DNA of 45,469 bases from Gemmatimonadota bacterium (GTDB lineage Bacteria; Gemmatimonadota; Gemmatimonadetes; Longimicrobiales; Gaopeijiaceae): NCBI GenBank assembly GCA_039589315.1, contig JBDHHQ010000033.1:1-45469 (forward strand). The letters run 5' to 3'. The notes under the pieces are model-generated. The model was not told the DNA's origin. It saw only the letters and a program-made list of their open reading frames with translations, and did no database searches. The first letter of the stretch is position 1, and each line of letters starts with the position of its first letter. Below are positions 1 through 8,096 of this stretch, piece by piece. Both the position numbers and the translations under genes were made by a program.

Positions 1-38
1 CGATCTTCAAGGGCGAGGTCGTCTACGAGCCGAACTGA
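1..38 (+). CDS. 3' end of a CDS entering from outside the window, possibly an amidohydrolase
   Basis: Frame from nt 3 reads IFKGEVVYEPN*, similar to the 'T..xGxVVY' C-terminus of amidohydrolases. Confidence 0.4.
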   Translation, partial: IFKGEVVYEPN

Positions 39-49
39 GTGCAAGCGAC

Positions 50-84
50 GATCGGGACCGCCGCGCATCGCGACGGTCCCGATC
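50..84. terminator. Hairpin downstream of both the tRNA 3' fragment and the convergent CDS
   Basis: Perfect 11-bp stem GATCGGGACCG / CGGTCCCGATC with an inner CGCG/CGCG pairing. Confidence 0.6.
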
Positions 85-85
85 C

Positions 86-133
86 CAGTGCCCCGCCAGG
101 GACTCGAACCCCGAACCTACTGATTGAGAGTCA
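86..133 (-). repeat. att-like site: 3' half of tRNA-Lys, copy 1
   Basis: Minus strand reads TGACTCTCAATCAGTAGGTTCGGGGTTCGAGTCCCTGGCGGGGCAC (anticodon loop, T-arm GTTCGAG, 3' acceptor strand). No D-arm or 5' acceptor strand. 44/45 nt identical to 32378-32422. Confidence 0.85.
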
Positions 134-260
134 AGCCCAGATTCCCGCCAGATGTGGGGAATGCCCGTGCTGTTGGGTTCCTCATGTGGGAAATCCCGGT
201 TCCCGAGCCACGGGAGTACCGGAAGTTCCGGGTACATTCTGACCCAAGTTCTGACCCAAC
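134..260. repeat. Diverged att-arm-like element next to the tRNA fragment
   Basis: Shares ATGTGsGAAATCCCG, CGGAAGTTC and a terminal tandem CTGAC repeat (CTGACCCAAGTTCTGACCCAA) with 32423-32548, at a similar distance from the core. Confidence 0.6.
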
Positions 261-326
261 GGTGACTGCTGTCCATACCTCGCGATACCCTCAACAGAGG
301 TCCGCACATGGTACTGACACACCCAC

Positions 327-2759
327 TCACTCGGCGCGGAGCGACTCCACCGGATCTGTGCGCACGGCTCGGACTGCCGGAACTCCCGATGCTGCCACGC
401 CAACCGCGAGCAGGGCCAAGGCGGCGAGCGCATAGGTGAGGGGATCCATGGCCCCGATGTCGTAGAGCAAGGATCGCATGAACTGTGTCAAAACGGCGGC
501 CACCAGCACCCCCACACCGAGTCCGATCAGCGTCAACTTCCCACCATCCCCCAGGACGAGCCGGAGCGCATCCGCCGGCGTGGCTCCGAGCGCCATTCGG
601 ATCCCGACCTCGGTGCGCCGTTGGGAGAACGTGTACGAGACGACTCCGTAGATGCCGATGGCAGAGAGCACGAACGCGAGGCCCGCGAACGCCGTGAGCA
701 GATTCAGGTTGAAGCGCCGCTCCGAGGTCGATCCTGCGATTAGCTGCTGCATGGTGCGCACGTTGTACACCGGCTGCTCGGGGTCCATGGCCCGGATCTC
801 GGCTCGTACCGGTTGGATCAGCCCGCTCGGGTCACCCGAGGTGCGCACAACCAGGGTCGTGAAGTTGAAGGTGTACTGCCACTGGGCCAGGTAGATGGTC
901 GGACGCACGTCGGCCTCCAACCCTCTCAGCCGAACGTCTCCGGCCACACCCACGATGTCGGCCTGGAACCAATCCACGTCGAGGCGGCCGCCGATGGGGT
1001 CTGCGCCTGGCCAAAAGGTCTCGGCCATGGCCTGGTTCACCACCGCCACGCGTTCGCCACCGCGCACGTCGGATGAGTTGAACGGCCTCCCGGTCGACAG
1101 GGGTATACCCATGGTCTCGAAGAACGCGGGTCCGACCAGGCGCAGGTCGGCCGCGGGGCGGGTCCCCTGATCCAACTCCGGGCGCCCTTCGATGCCGAAC
1201 TCAGAGCTCCAGCCACGCTCGGAACTCAAAGGAGGGCTTCCGACCGTTGTGGCCGCTACCACTCCGGGGAGAGCCAGGACCCGGTCTCTCAGCTCGTCGA
1301 AGAAGGCGTTCCGCTGATGCTGCTCCGGGTACTTCGTCACCATGGGCAACTCGAGCTGCATGGTAACGAGACCCTCGGTGGAGAAGCCCGGATCGACCGC
1401 GAGAAGACGGTCGAAGCTTCTGATCAGGAGACCCGCACCCACCAGCAGCACGAGTGACAGGGCGATCTCCGCGACGACGAGTCCCTGGGACAGCCTACGT
1501 CCCGTCTGCGTGGAGGCGGAGCGCCCTCCGTCCTTCAGTCTTTCACCGACATCGATGGTCGAAGCCTGGTATGCCGGCGCGACGCCGAACACCACCCCCG
1601 TCGCCAAGGCCAACAGAGCGGTAAACCCCAGAATCGGGACGCTGAGCTCCACATTGCCCAGCAATACCATGCGACTCGGGCCGATGGCCACGATCGCCTG
1701 GATGACGACCACGGCCAGCGCGACTCCGATGAGTCCGCCCGCCCCGGCCAACAACAGACTCTCGGTCAGCAGTTGGCCAAACACCCGTGTCCGAGGTGCG
1801 CCCATCGCAATGCGCACAGCCACTTCCCTGCTCCGCGCGCTCCCTTTCGTGAGAAGGAGATTCGCCACGTTGACACAGGCGATGAGGAGCACCAGGCCGA
1901 CGGCGGCGAACAGAACCAGCAAGGCCGGTCTCGCCCCTTGGACGGCCTGGTCGTGCAAAGAGACCACCCGGACCCCGCGTTCCCCGTCCGACTCCGGGAA
2001 TTCCGTGGCGAGGCGTGCCGAGATCCCCTCCATCTCCGTGACCGCCTGTGCGATTGTCGAGCCCTCGGCCAGCCGGGCGATGACCCGGAGGTTGCGCCAC
2101 GTGCGGGTCTGCATCTGATCGTCACTCGGAGCCAGCGGCCGCCACATGTCCACGGACTTGTTCAGCGCCAGCGATCCGACAGGCTGAAACCCGTCGGGCA
2201 TGATTCCCAGCACTGTGTACGGGAACCCGTTGATGCCCACCGACTCGCCTACGATGCTCGGATCGCCGGAGAACTGACGGACCCAAAGCGCGTGGCTCAG
2301 GATCGCGACGCGGTGATTGCCCACTCGATCTTCTTCGGCAGTGAACGCGCGACCGAGCGCAGGCTGAACCCCGAGCACCCCGAAGTATCCGGACGTGACC
2401 CTCGCAACGTTGATGCGCTCTGGCTCGGTGCCGCCCGTGAGGTTCACGTCCTGGTTGGGATTCTCGAAGAACGCAGCCATGCTCTCGAACGAGCCCGCTG
2501 ACGTCTTCCAGTCGCGGAAGGTCGGGTACGAGATCAGCGCCTCGGACTGGTTGCGGGCGGGCACCGTCTCCCAGATCACAGCAAGGCGATCTGAGTCCGG
2601 GTACGGGAGGGGACGCAGCAAAACGGCATGCAGGACGGAGAACATGGCCGTGTTGGCCCCGATCCCGAGCGCCACCGTGAGAATGGCGACGACGGCGAAG
2701 CCTGGGCTGCGAAGCAGCGTGCGCAGGCCGTAGCGGAGGTCGGCGAGGAGCGTGTTCAT
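327..2759 (-). CDS. ABC transporter permease, duplicated MacB-PCD/FtsX (ADOP type)
   Basis: DLRYGLRTLLRSPGF start, LLIACVNVANLLL, two E(V)(A/G)(V/I)RxA(M/L)GA motifs, DPVESLRAE end. Confidence 0.92.
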   Translation of the reverse strand: MNTLLADLRYGLRTLLRSPGFAVVAILTVALGIGANTAMFSVLHAVLLRPLPYPDSDRLAVIWETVPARNQSEALISYPTFRDWKTSAGSFESMAAFFENPNQDVNLTGGTEPERINVARVTSGYFGVLGVQPALGRAFTAEEDRVGNHRVAILSHALWVRQFSGDPSIVGESVGINGFPYTVLGIMPDGFQPVGSLALNKSVDMWRPLAPSDDQMQTRTWRNLRVIARLAEGSTIAQAVTEMEGISARLATEFPESDGERGVRVVSLHDQAVQGARPALLVLFAAVGLVLLIACVNVANLLLTKGSARSREVAVRIAMGAPRTRVFGQLLTESLLLAGAGGLIGVALAVVVIQAIVAIGPSRMVLLGNVELSVPILGFTALLALATGVVFGVAPAYQASTIDVGERLKDGGRSASTQTGRRLSQGLVVAEIALSLVLLVGAGLLIRSFDRLLAVDPGFSTEGLVTMQLELPMVTKYPEQHQRNAFFDELRDRVLALPGVVAATTVGSPPLSSERGWSSEFGIEGRPELDQGTRPAADLRLVGPAFFETMGIPLSTGRPFNSSDVRGGERVAVVNQAMAETFWPGADPIGGRLDVDWFQADIVGVAGDVRLRGLEADVRPTIYLAQWQYTFNFTTLVVRTSGDPSGLIQPVRAEIRAMDPEQPVYNVRTMQQLIAGSTSERRFNLNLLTAFAGLAFVLSAIGIYGVVSYTFSQRRTEVGIRMALGATPADALRLVLGDGGKLTLIGLGVGVLVAAVLTQFMRSLLYDIGAMDPLTYALAALALLAVGVAASGVPAVRAVRTDPVESLRAE

Positions 2760-2811
2760 TCTTCTCAGTCCCCCGGGTGGTTTTTCAGCACGTCACCATA
2801 GCGAATGCTGT

Positions 2812-3495
2812 TCAGGTGCCGGCCGATCTCGAAGGCCTCGTCTTTTGGAGAGGATCGCACCAGAGGGCCCGACCGAGTGCCAGCCCTTCTTCTGGCGTGA
2901 TCAGAACGGCACCGGCCGAGCTCACGAGCCAACGTGTCCCCACCTCGCGGGACACGAAGAACCACACCCGGCTACAGAAGAAGCCTCGCCGCCCCACGAG
3001 TGAGGGCCTCAGGCAAACGCCGCCGGTGTTGCCCTCAGCCTGCGGCACCACCACGGATACCGTCAGGTCGGAGGGCGCATGGCGGATCTCTCCATTCCCT
3101 GTCACTTCCAGTGATACGGGCGTCCCGGTCACAGGACAGACCGATCGTATCCTGGCGTCCTCACCGAGGATCTGGGGAAGCACCAGGCTGTCCAGCGCGC
3201 ACCACGCGTGGAACCCGCGGCCCCCCTCGAGCTCTATTCGGTGCGGCGTCCAAGGAATGGACATGCCGGCGATGGCGACGATTCGGCCCTTGTCGTCGAC
3301 GTTCGCGCCCCAGGCGCGGAGCTCGTCCCACACGTCTTCTCGCCATGCGGGCAGGCCTGCCAGCTGCGCGCCGTCGACAGGGACTCCGCTGGCGAGCCGG
3401 CTCAAGATCTCCGGCAAGAGAGCCCGGACCTCGGCAGATGCGTGCTCGGTTCCCAGCAGGTCGTGCAGCGCTGCGAGTCGCTTGGCGTACCTCAT
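2812..3495 (-). CDS. merB: Organomercurial (alkylmercury) lyase MerB family
   Basis: WCALD (catalytic Cys/Asp), SVCPVTG and FCSRVWFF motifs. Start set at the ATG of MRYAKRL. Confidence 0.85.
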   Translation of the reverse strand: MRYAKRLAALHDLLGTEHASAEVRALLPEILSRLASGVPVDGAQLAGLPAWREDVWDELRAWGANVDDKGRIVAIAGMSIPWTPHRIELEGGRGFHAWCALDSLVLPQILGEDARIRSVCPVTGTPVSLEVTGNGEIRHAPSDLTVSVVVPQAEGNTGGVCLRPSLVGRRGFFCSRVWFFVSREVGTRWLVSSAGAVLITPEEGLALGRALWCDPLQKTRPSRSAGT

Positions 3496-3611
3496 CGGAT
3501 GCCTGTTGAGTGCCCAGAATACTCGCGGAGCAGCGATCCGGATGTCCTGGTCTCCGAGGCCTGGCCCACGTCGTCCACGTTCCCCCCCGCTCACCTGGGT
3601 TTCCAGACCAT

Positions 3612-3628
3612 ATCCCCCTGGGGGGGAT
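3612..3628. promoter_or_regulatory. CsoR/RcnR-type G/C-tract operator candidate upstream of merB
   Basis: Inverted repeat ATCCCCC-N3-GGGGGAT; the same 16-mer occurs inverted at 4068-4083. Confidence 0.55.
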
Positions 3629-3711
3629 GCCAACCAAGCCAACACCTGGACGGCTGGCAGGGTTCCAAGGCTCACCGCGGGTAGCGGCGGCACATCCGTC
3701 TCAGACGGAAG

Positions 3712-4065
3712 TCAGCTCTGCTTGAGCATGGTGGCGAGGACACGGGTGAGGCGTTCGATGCGTTCTTCCTGGTCGATCGGATCGCTGTCGGAGAGCATAC
3801 AGGCGGTCAGCTCCTCAGTGACTACGGTGGAGGCGAAGCGGTTGAGGGCGCCCTTTACCGCTGACACCTGGAGGAGGATATCATCTGCCCACGCACGCTC
3901 TTCTACCATCCGGCCGATCGCCCGGACATGCCCCTCAATACGAGCCAGACGGTTGAGAAGGGCCTTTGTCGACTCGGAACTGAGGTACGCGCGCGAGTCC
4001 GGCTGTGCTTCTGGTGTACCTGCCAAGTCCGTGCTCCCGGCCAAGGGTGTGGGATTCGGCAACAT
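3712..4065 (-). CDS. CsoR/RcnR family repressor with atypical ligands
   Basis: LLNRLARIEGHVRAIGRMVEE...DILLQVSAVKGAL...ELTAC. Confidence 0.88.
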   Translation of the reverse strand: MLPNPTPLAGSTDLAGTPEAQPDSRAYLSSESTKALLNRLARIEGHVRAIGRMVEERAWADDILLQVSAVKGALNRFASTVVTEELTACMLSDSDPIDQEERIERLTRVLATMLKQS

Positions 4066-4067
4066 GG

Positions 4068-4083
4068 ATCCCCCCCAGGGGGA
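4068..4083 (-). promoter_or_regulatory. Second G/C-tract box directly before the csoR-like ATG
   Basis: TCCCCCTGGGGGGGAT on the minus strand, identical to 3613-3628 on the plus strand. Confidence 0.5.
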
Positions 4084-4129
4084 GCTCAAGTCTGGACACG
4101 CTCCGGAACTCTCGCCAGCACGTATCCGA

Positions 4130-4582
4130 TCACGGGTTCCCGCCTCGTGCAAACCTCTCTTCAGCCCAGTCGATCGGTGAAAAGGCTACGCACACGAGGT
4201 GCGTGCGCTTGCCGAACACCATCCCGGGCAACGTCATGACCTCACACCCGGCGTCATTTCGAACCGCGGTGAACAGAAGAGAGATCCCGACGAAGAGGAC
4301 GCTTCCGAGCTTCCCGGGAGCACCGCTGAGAATGTAGACGAGGAGCACCGGCGTCACCGCCAGAATCGCTCCCAGCCACCGATTGATCGAGGGCATGAAG
4401 CGCACGATGGCCAAATGCATCGCTGCGTAGAAGACGAACTCACCCACGATCACAGTTGCTGTCGAGATTGCGAGAGGCGCGTTGCCGACAAGATGTCGAC
4501 CACCCTCGACCAACATCAGACCCCCCACGAGCAGGCGCAGGAGTCGGCCGACCGGCCGCGCCTTGATTCCCTCCGTCATCAT
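4130..4582 (-). CDS. Membrane protein, DUF6410-like
   Basis: About 4 hydrophobic segments, C-terminal GCEVMTLP...HLVCVAFSPIDWAE, GGAGG RBS before ATG 4582. Confidence 0.7.
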   Translation of the reverse strand: MMTEGIKARPVGRLLRLLVGGLMLVEGGRHLVGNAPLAISTATVIVGEFVFYAAMHLAIVRFMPSINRWLGAILAVTPVLLVYILSGAPGKLGSVLFVGISLLFTAVRNDAGCEVMTLPGMVFGKRTHLVCVAFSPIDWAEERFARGGNP

Positions 4583-4610
4583 GACCGCCTCCCAGGCCTG
4601 TGTACGAGAC

Positions 4611-4642
4611 ACGATAAGGTCTGTACCCTGGTACAGGGTCAA
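4611..4642 (-). promoter_or_regulatory. MerR-type promoter/operator for the leftward genes
   Basis: TTGACC, 20-bp spacer containing the perfect dyad CTGTAC-N4-GTACAG, then TATCGT. Confidence 0.8.
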
Positions 4643-4652
4643 GGGCAGACGC

Positions 4653-4684
4653 TTGCGCCTATACCACGGTACAACGTTCAGGTT
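4653..4684 (+). promoter_or_regulatory. Second, imperfect MerR-type promoter/operator upstream of merR
   Basis: TTGCGC, 20-bp spacer containing CTATAC-N4-GTACAA, then CAGGTT. Confidence 0.5.
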
Positions 4685-4692
4685 TGGATACG

Positions 4693-5103
4693 ATGGACAG
4701 AAGAGTCCTGACCACGGGGCAGCTCGCTCGAGCCGCAGGCGTCGGAGTACAGACGGTCCGATACTACGAACGTATCGGACTCCTGCGGGAACCACCCAGA
4801 AGCACAGGGGGATACCGAGAATACGATGGTACGGATCTTCGACGACTTCGCTTCGTGAGAAGCGCACAGGAGCTCGGATTCACGCTCGGCGAGATCGAGG
4901 ATCTGCTTGCGCTGCGTGTGCGGCGCGGCAGGAGCTGCGCGGCGGTCGCAGCCACGGCGGACCGAGCCATGGCCCGAGTGGACGACAAGGTCCGGGAGCT
5001 GGAGGCCATGCGTCGCGCGCTCGCCCGCCTGCGGATTGCCTGCGACGACGGGTCACCCACGGGGGACTGCCCCATCCTGGAGGCCCTGGAGGACGAATCA
5101 TGA
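4693..5103 (+). CDS. merR: MerR family regulator, Hg(II)-type
   Basis: GQLARAAGVGVQTVRYYERIGLL HTH; three Cys (RSC, IAC, DCPI) placed like the Hg-MerR ligands. Confidence 0.85.
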   Translation: MDRRVLTTGQLARAAGVGVQTVRYYERIGLLREPPRSTGGYREYDGTDLRRLRFVRSAQELGFTLGEIEDLLALRVRRGRSCAAVAATADRAMARVDDKVRELEAMRRALARLRIACDDGSPTGDCPILEALEDES

Positions 5104-5384
5104 GTGAGCTCACGATCGAGCTGGTGTTCTTCGAGGGGTGCCCAAACGCCGCTCAGGCCCGGGAGAACCTGAGCGCCGCGCTTATGACCTCGGGCAAGCC
5201 TGCGACGTGGCACGAATGGGACATTGGATCCACATCTACTCCCGATGCCTACCGGGCCTACGGATCACCGACGGTGTTGATCGACGGACGTGACGTCACC
5301 GGACCAGGCGGAGAGAACCAGGCGATGGCCTGCCGGGCTGACGGGGCTCCGTCGGTTACGGCCATTCTGGAGCAGCTCGGATGA
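5100..5384 (+). CDS. Small thioredoxin-fold protein of the type found near merB/merR
   Basis: IELVFFEGCPN...GSPTVLIDGRD...ACR; ATGA overlap with the merR stop. Confidence 0.75.
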   Translation: MSELTIELVFFEGCPNAAQARENLSAALMTSGKPATWHEWDIGSTSTPDAYRAYGSPTVLIDGRDVTGPGGENQAMACRADGAPSVTAILEQLG

Positions 5385-5598
5385 CGGCGCTTGTAGGTCC
5401 CGACCATTGCTGGGACATCGAGCTGGGATGCTGGGCATGAAAGACAGCACGAAGGCGACCGCTCCCGGCGTCGGGACACAGTCTGATTGCGCGCTCGGCG
5501 TCCGATCCTCAGATCAGAGGTCGACTCGGATCCTGAACGGCGGGTAGAACAGTGACTCTCGCTCTGGATTCAGGGCTGGGTTGAGCACCCGCTGGACG

Positions 5599-6360
5599 TC
5601 AGAAGTAGTGCCGAAATCGCAGATTGAGGATGTGCAGGTCGGTCTCGAAGTCCTCCTGCAGCGTGTTCCGGGCGCCTTCCCGGATGTAAAGCAGCTCGAA
5701 ACGCCAGCGGGCGCTCAGCGTGTAGCCCGGCCCGAGCCGGACCCTCCACTTCGAGGCGAAGGTCTCCGGGTTCTCGTCACCCAGTGGCACGAACACCTCT
5801 GCGTCGGCGAACAGATACCAGGTGCCGGCGAGCGAACGCTGGGCTCGATTGAGTCCGGTCCTCGTTTCGAGGCGCGCGCGAAACCGCCACTCGCTGGAAA
5901 AGCTCTCTGACGCTCCGGAACCGGAATACCAGAAGTTTCGATCCTCGATGCGAAAGAAGGCGGCCAGGCCGAGCCGCGAGGCGAATTCGCCGACCCGCTG
6001 AAGCTCGCGAACATGTGAGATCAGGTGCAGCCTCGCCCCGAGCTTGGGCGTCAACTCCCACGTCCGCACATCGTCGTTCTGGGCCGTGAAGCCACCCGTG
6101 AGCTCGCCCGATACGTCCAGCCATTGGAACGGATAGAACTCCACTAGCGGCGTTACATCCGTATTGGCCCATTTCTCGGCACCGCGCACCTGCACCTTGG
6201 GCTCGACGTCGATCTCGAAGTACCATGGATCGTGCTTCTGGGGAAGCGCGAGAACCACGTTCGCCCAGGTCTGGGTGCTGGTCTCCTGGGCATGGGCGGT
6301 GCTCGTCGCCCCGGCACCGAGGAAGATCGGAACAACGAGCGTGGCGGTGATGAATCTCAT
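5599..6360 (-). CDS. Outer-membrane beta-barrel protein, DUF2490-like
   Basis: Signal peptide (AHA/QE), amphipathic strands, WRFRARL motif, C-terminal Phe; 4-nt overlap with the sulfatase gene. Confidence 0.7.
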   Translation of the reverse strand: MRFITATLVVPIFLGAGATSTAHAQETSTQTWANVVLALPQKHDPWYFEIDVEPKVQVRGAEKWANTDVTPLVEFYPFQWLDVSGELTGGFTAQNDDVRTWELTPKLGARLHLISHVRELQRVGEFASRLGLAAFFRIEDRNFWYSGSGASESFSSEWRFRARLETRTGLNRAQRSLAGTWYLFADAEVFVPLGDENPETFASKWRVRLGPGYTLSARWRFELLYIREGARNTLQEDFETDLHILNLRFRHYF

Positions 6361-8048
6361 CTACCGCCGTAGGCTGCACGATACGCTGCGTCGAACCGGC
6401 CCCCGTGATCGACGACGCCGTTGTCCTCGGCATATCGCTCCCATGCCTCGATTAGCGAGGTCTTCAACTCGGGGTGGTCGTCCGACACGTCACGCATCTC
6501 GCCAGGATCAACGGCCAGGTTGTACAGCTGCCATGTCCCGGTGCCGAAGGGCTCGGGCAGGCGCAGCAGCTTCCAATCGCCCTGGATATAGGCCTTCATC
6601 TCGAACAGCTCGTAGCCCACACCTTCGTCTTCGCGAATCTCGGCACGTGCATCGCTCATGATCGGGATCAGCGATTTGCCGATGGGCTGTTCGACCGGCC
6701 GGCCCTCGAAGACCTCGGGGTAGGTTGCTCCCGCCACCTCGAGGAACGTCGGCAGGATGTCCACTACATGCAGGAAGGCGTGATTCCACGACCCTGCTCC
6801 GGCCATCGTGCCGGGGGCCTTCACGATGAGCGGCGACTTGATGCCACCCTGGGAGGTGAAGCTCTTGAAGAACCGAAAGGGGGCCGAGCTGGCCCGAGCC
6901 CAGGCCGGTCCCATGTCGACGAATGATCCGGGCAGTCCGCGGTTCTCCAGCGCATTGTCGAAAGAGGCGAGAAAGCTCCCGTCGGCGTTGCCGGGATACG
7001 CGGTGGGCCGGGCTCCGTTGGCGCCGTTGTCGGAAAAGAAGACGATCAGCGTGTTCTCGTATAACCCGTTGGTCCGCAGGTAGTCGAGCAGCCGCCCGAT
7101 AGAAGTGTCCAGGTACTCGACCATGGCCGCGTATACCTCCATGTCCCTGGCGTGGAGGCGCCTCTCTTCGTCGTCCAGCGCATCCCACCCTCGCGTCAGG
7201 AAGTTCGGGGGGAGTTCGTCCACATCGGCTGGCACCAGGCCCAGATCTTTAAGGCTCGCGAGTCGCCGTTGAGCCAACGCGTCCCAACCGTCGTCGTACT
7301 GGCCTTCGTATCTGGCGATGTACTCCTCGGGCGCGTGCAATGGATCATGCGGAGCGGTGAACGACAGGTAGCCGAAGAAGGGACGACCGTCGTCCCTGTT
7401 GCTGTCAATGAACTCGACCATGGCGTCGGTATAGCTCTTCGACGAGTAGAAATCGTCCGGCAACGTCGTGATACGCTCGCCATTCCGTCGGTAGGTCATT
7501 TCCCCGACGGCCGAGAGCGACCGCATGTCCGACCAGTGGCTGCCGCCCCCTTCCATCAACGTCAACGTCTGCTCGAAGCCTCGGGCGTAGGGGCTCTGGT
7601 CATCCGCCTCGCCCAGGTGCCACTTGCCCGCCATGTAGGTGTGGTAGCCGGCGCTGCGAAGGACCTCGGGGATCGTCGCGACCTGGTCGGCCAGGTGGCC
7701 GGCGTATCCCGGAAGGTCGGAGATCTCCGGGTAGAGGAACTCGCCCATCACCCCCAGGCCAGCGACGTGGTTGTCGTTGCCAGACAGAAGCGCAGACCGA
7801 GTCGGAGAACACGTGGGGAGCACATGGAATCCGGAGAATCGCATTCCTTCTCGGGCCAACTGGTCCAGCACCGGAGTGCGGATTTCGCCGCCGAAGGGAC
7901 CGATGTCACTATAGCCGAGGTCGTCGACCACGATCAGCAGGATATTGGGGGGGGCTTCCGTGACTGCGGGATCCTCAGCGCCGGGTGACCCGCATCCCGA
8001 GATCACCAGGAGTGCGGCTACGAGGGTGAACCCTGGCGAGCTGTTCAT
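6357..8048 (-). CDS. Arylsulfatase (formylglycine-dependent), probable lipoprotein
   Basis: PNILLIVVDDLG, CSPTRSALLSG, GKWHLG, APHDPLHAP, SDNG, LYNLAVDPGE. Confidence 0.93.
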   Translation of the reverse strand: MNSSPGFTLVAALLVISGCGSPGAEDPAVTEAPPNILLIVVDDLGYSDIGPFGGEIRTPVLDQLAREGMRFSGFHVLPTCSPTRSALLSGNDNHVAGLGVMGEFLYPEISDLPGYAGHLADQVATIPEVLRSAGYHTYMAGKWHLGEADDQSPYARGFEQTLTLMEGGGSHWSDMRSLSAVGEMTYRRNGERITTLPDDFYSSKSYTDAMVEFIDSNRDDGRPFFGYLSFTAPHDPLHAPEEYIARYEGQYDDGWDALAQRRLASLKDLGLVPADVDELPPNFLTRGWDALDDEERRLHARDMEVYAAMVEYLDTSIGRLLDYLRTNGLYENTLIVFFSDNGANGARPTAYPGNADGSFLASFDNALENRGLPGSFVDMGPAWARASSAPFRFFKSFTSQGGIKSPLIVKAPGTMAGAGSWNHAFLHVVDILPTFLEVAGATYPEVFEGRPVEQPIGKSLIPIMSDARAEIREDEGVGYELFEMKAYIQGDWKLLRLPEPFGTGTWQLYNLAVDPGEMRDVSDDHPELKTSLIEAWERYAEDNGVVDHGGRFDAAYRAAYGGR

Positions 8049-8096
8049 GACTGGCTCCCATCGGTTTGTGTCGACCGGGGATGGGCCGCTCTTTGC

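Noticed and set aside
86..165. Complete tRNA gene, possibly Glu because the loop reads CTC
   Set aside because: No D-arm or 5' acceptor strand (GCCCCGC) upstream; the second copy reads CTT, so CTC is best explained as a point change in a non-functional fragment.
2777..4180. 467-aa plus-strand ORF, and similar long ORFs at 14894-16267, 33446-35656 and 35587-37128
   Set aside because: Antisense or out-of-frame shadows of well-supported genes in GC-rich DNA, with no recognisable motifs.
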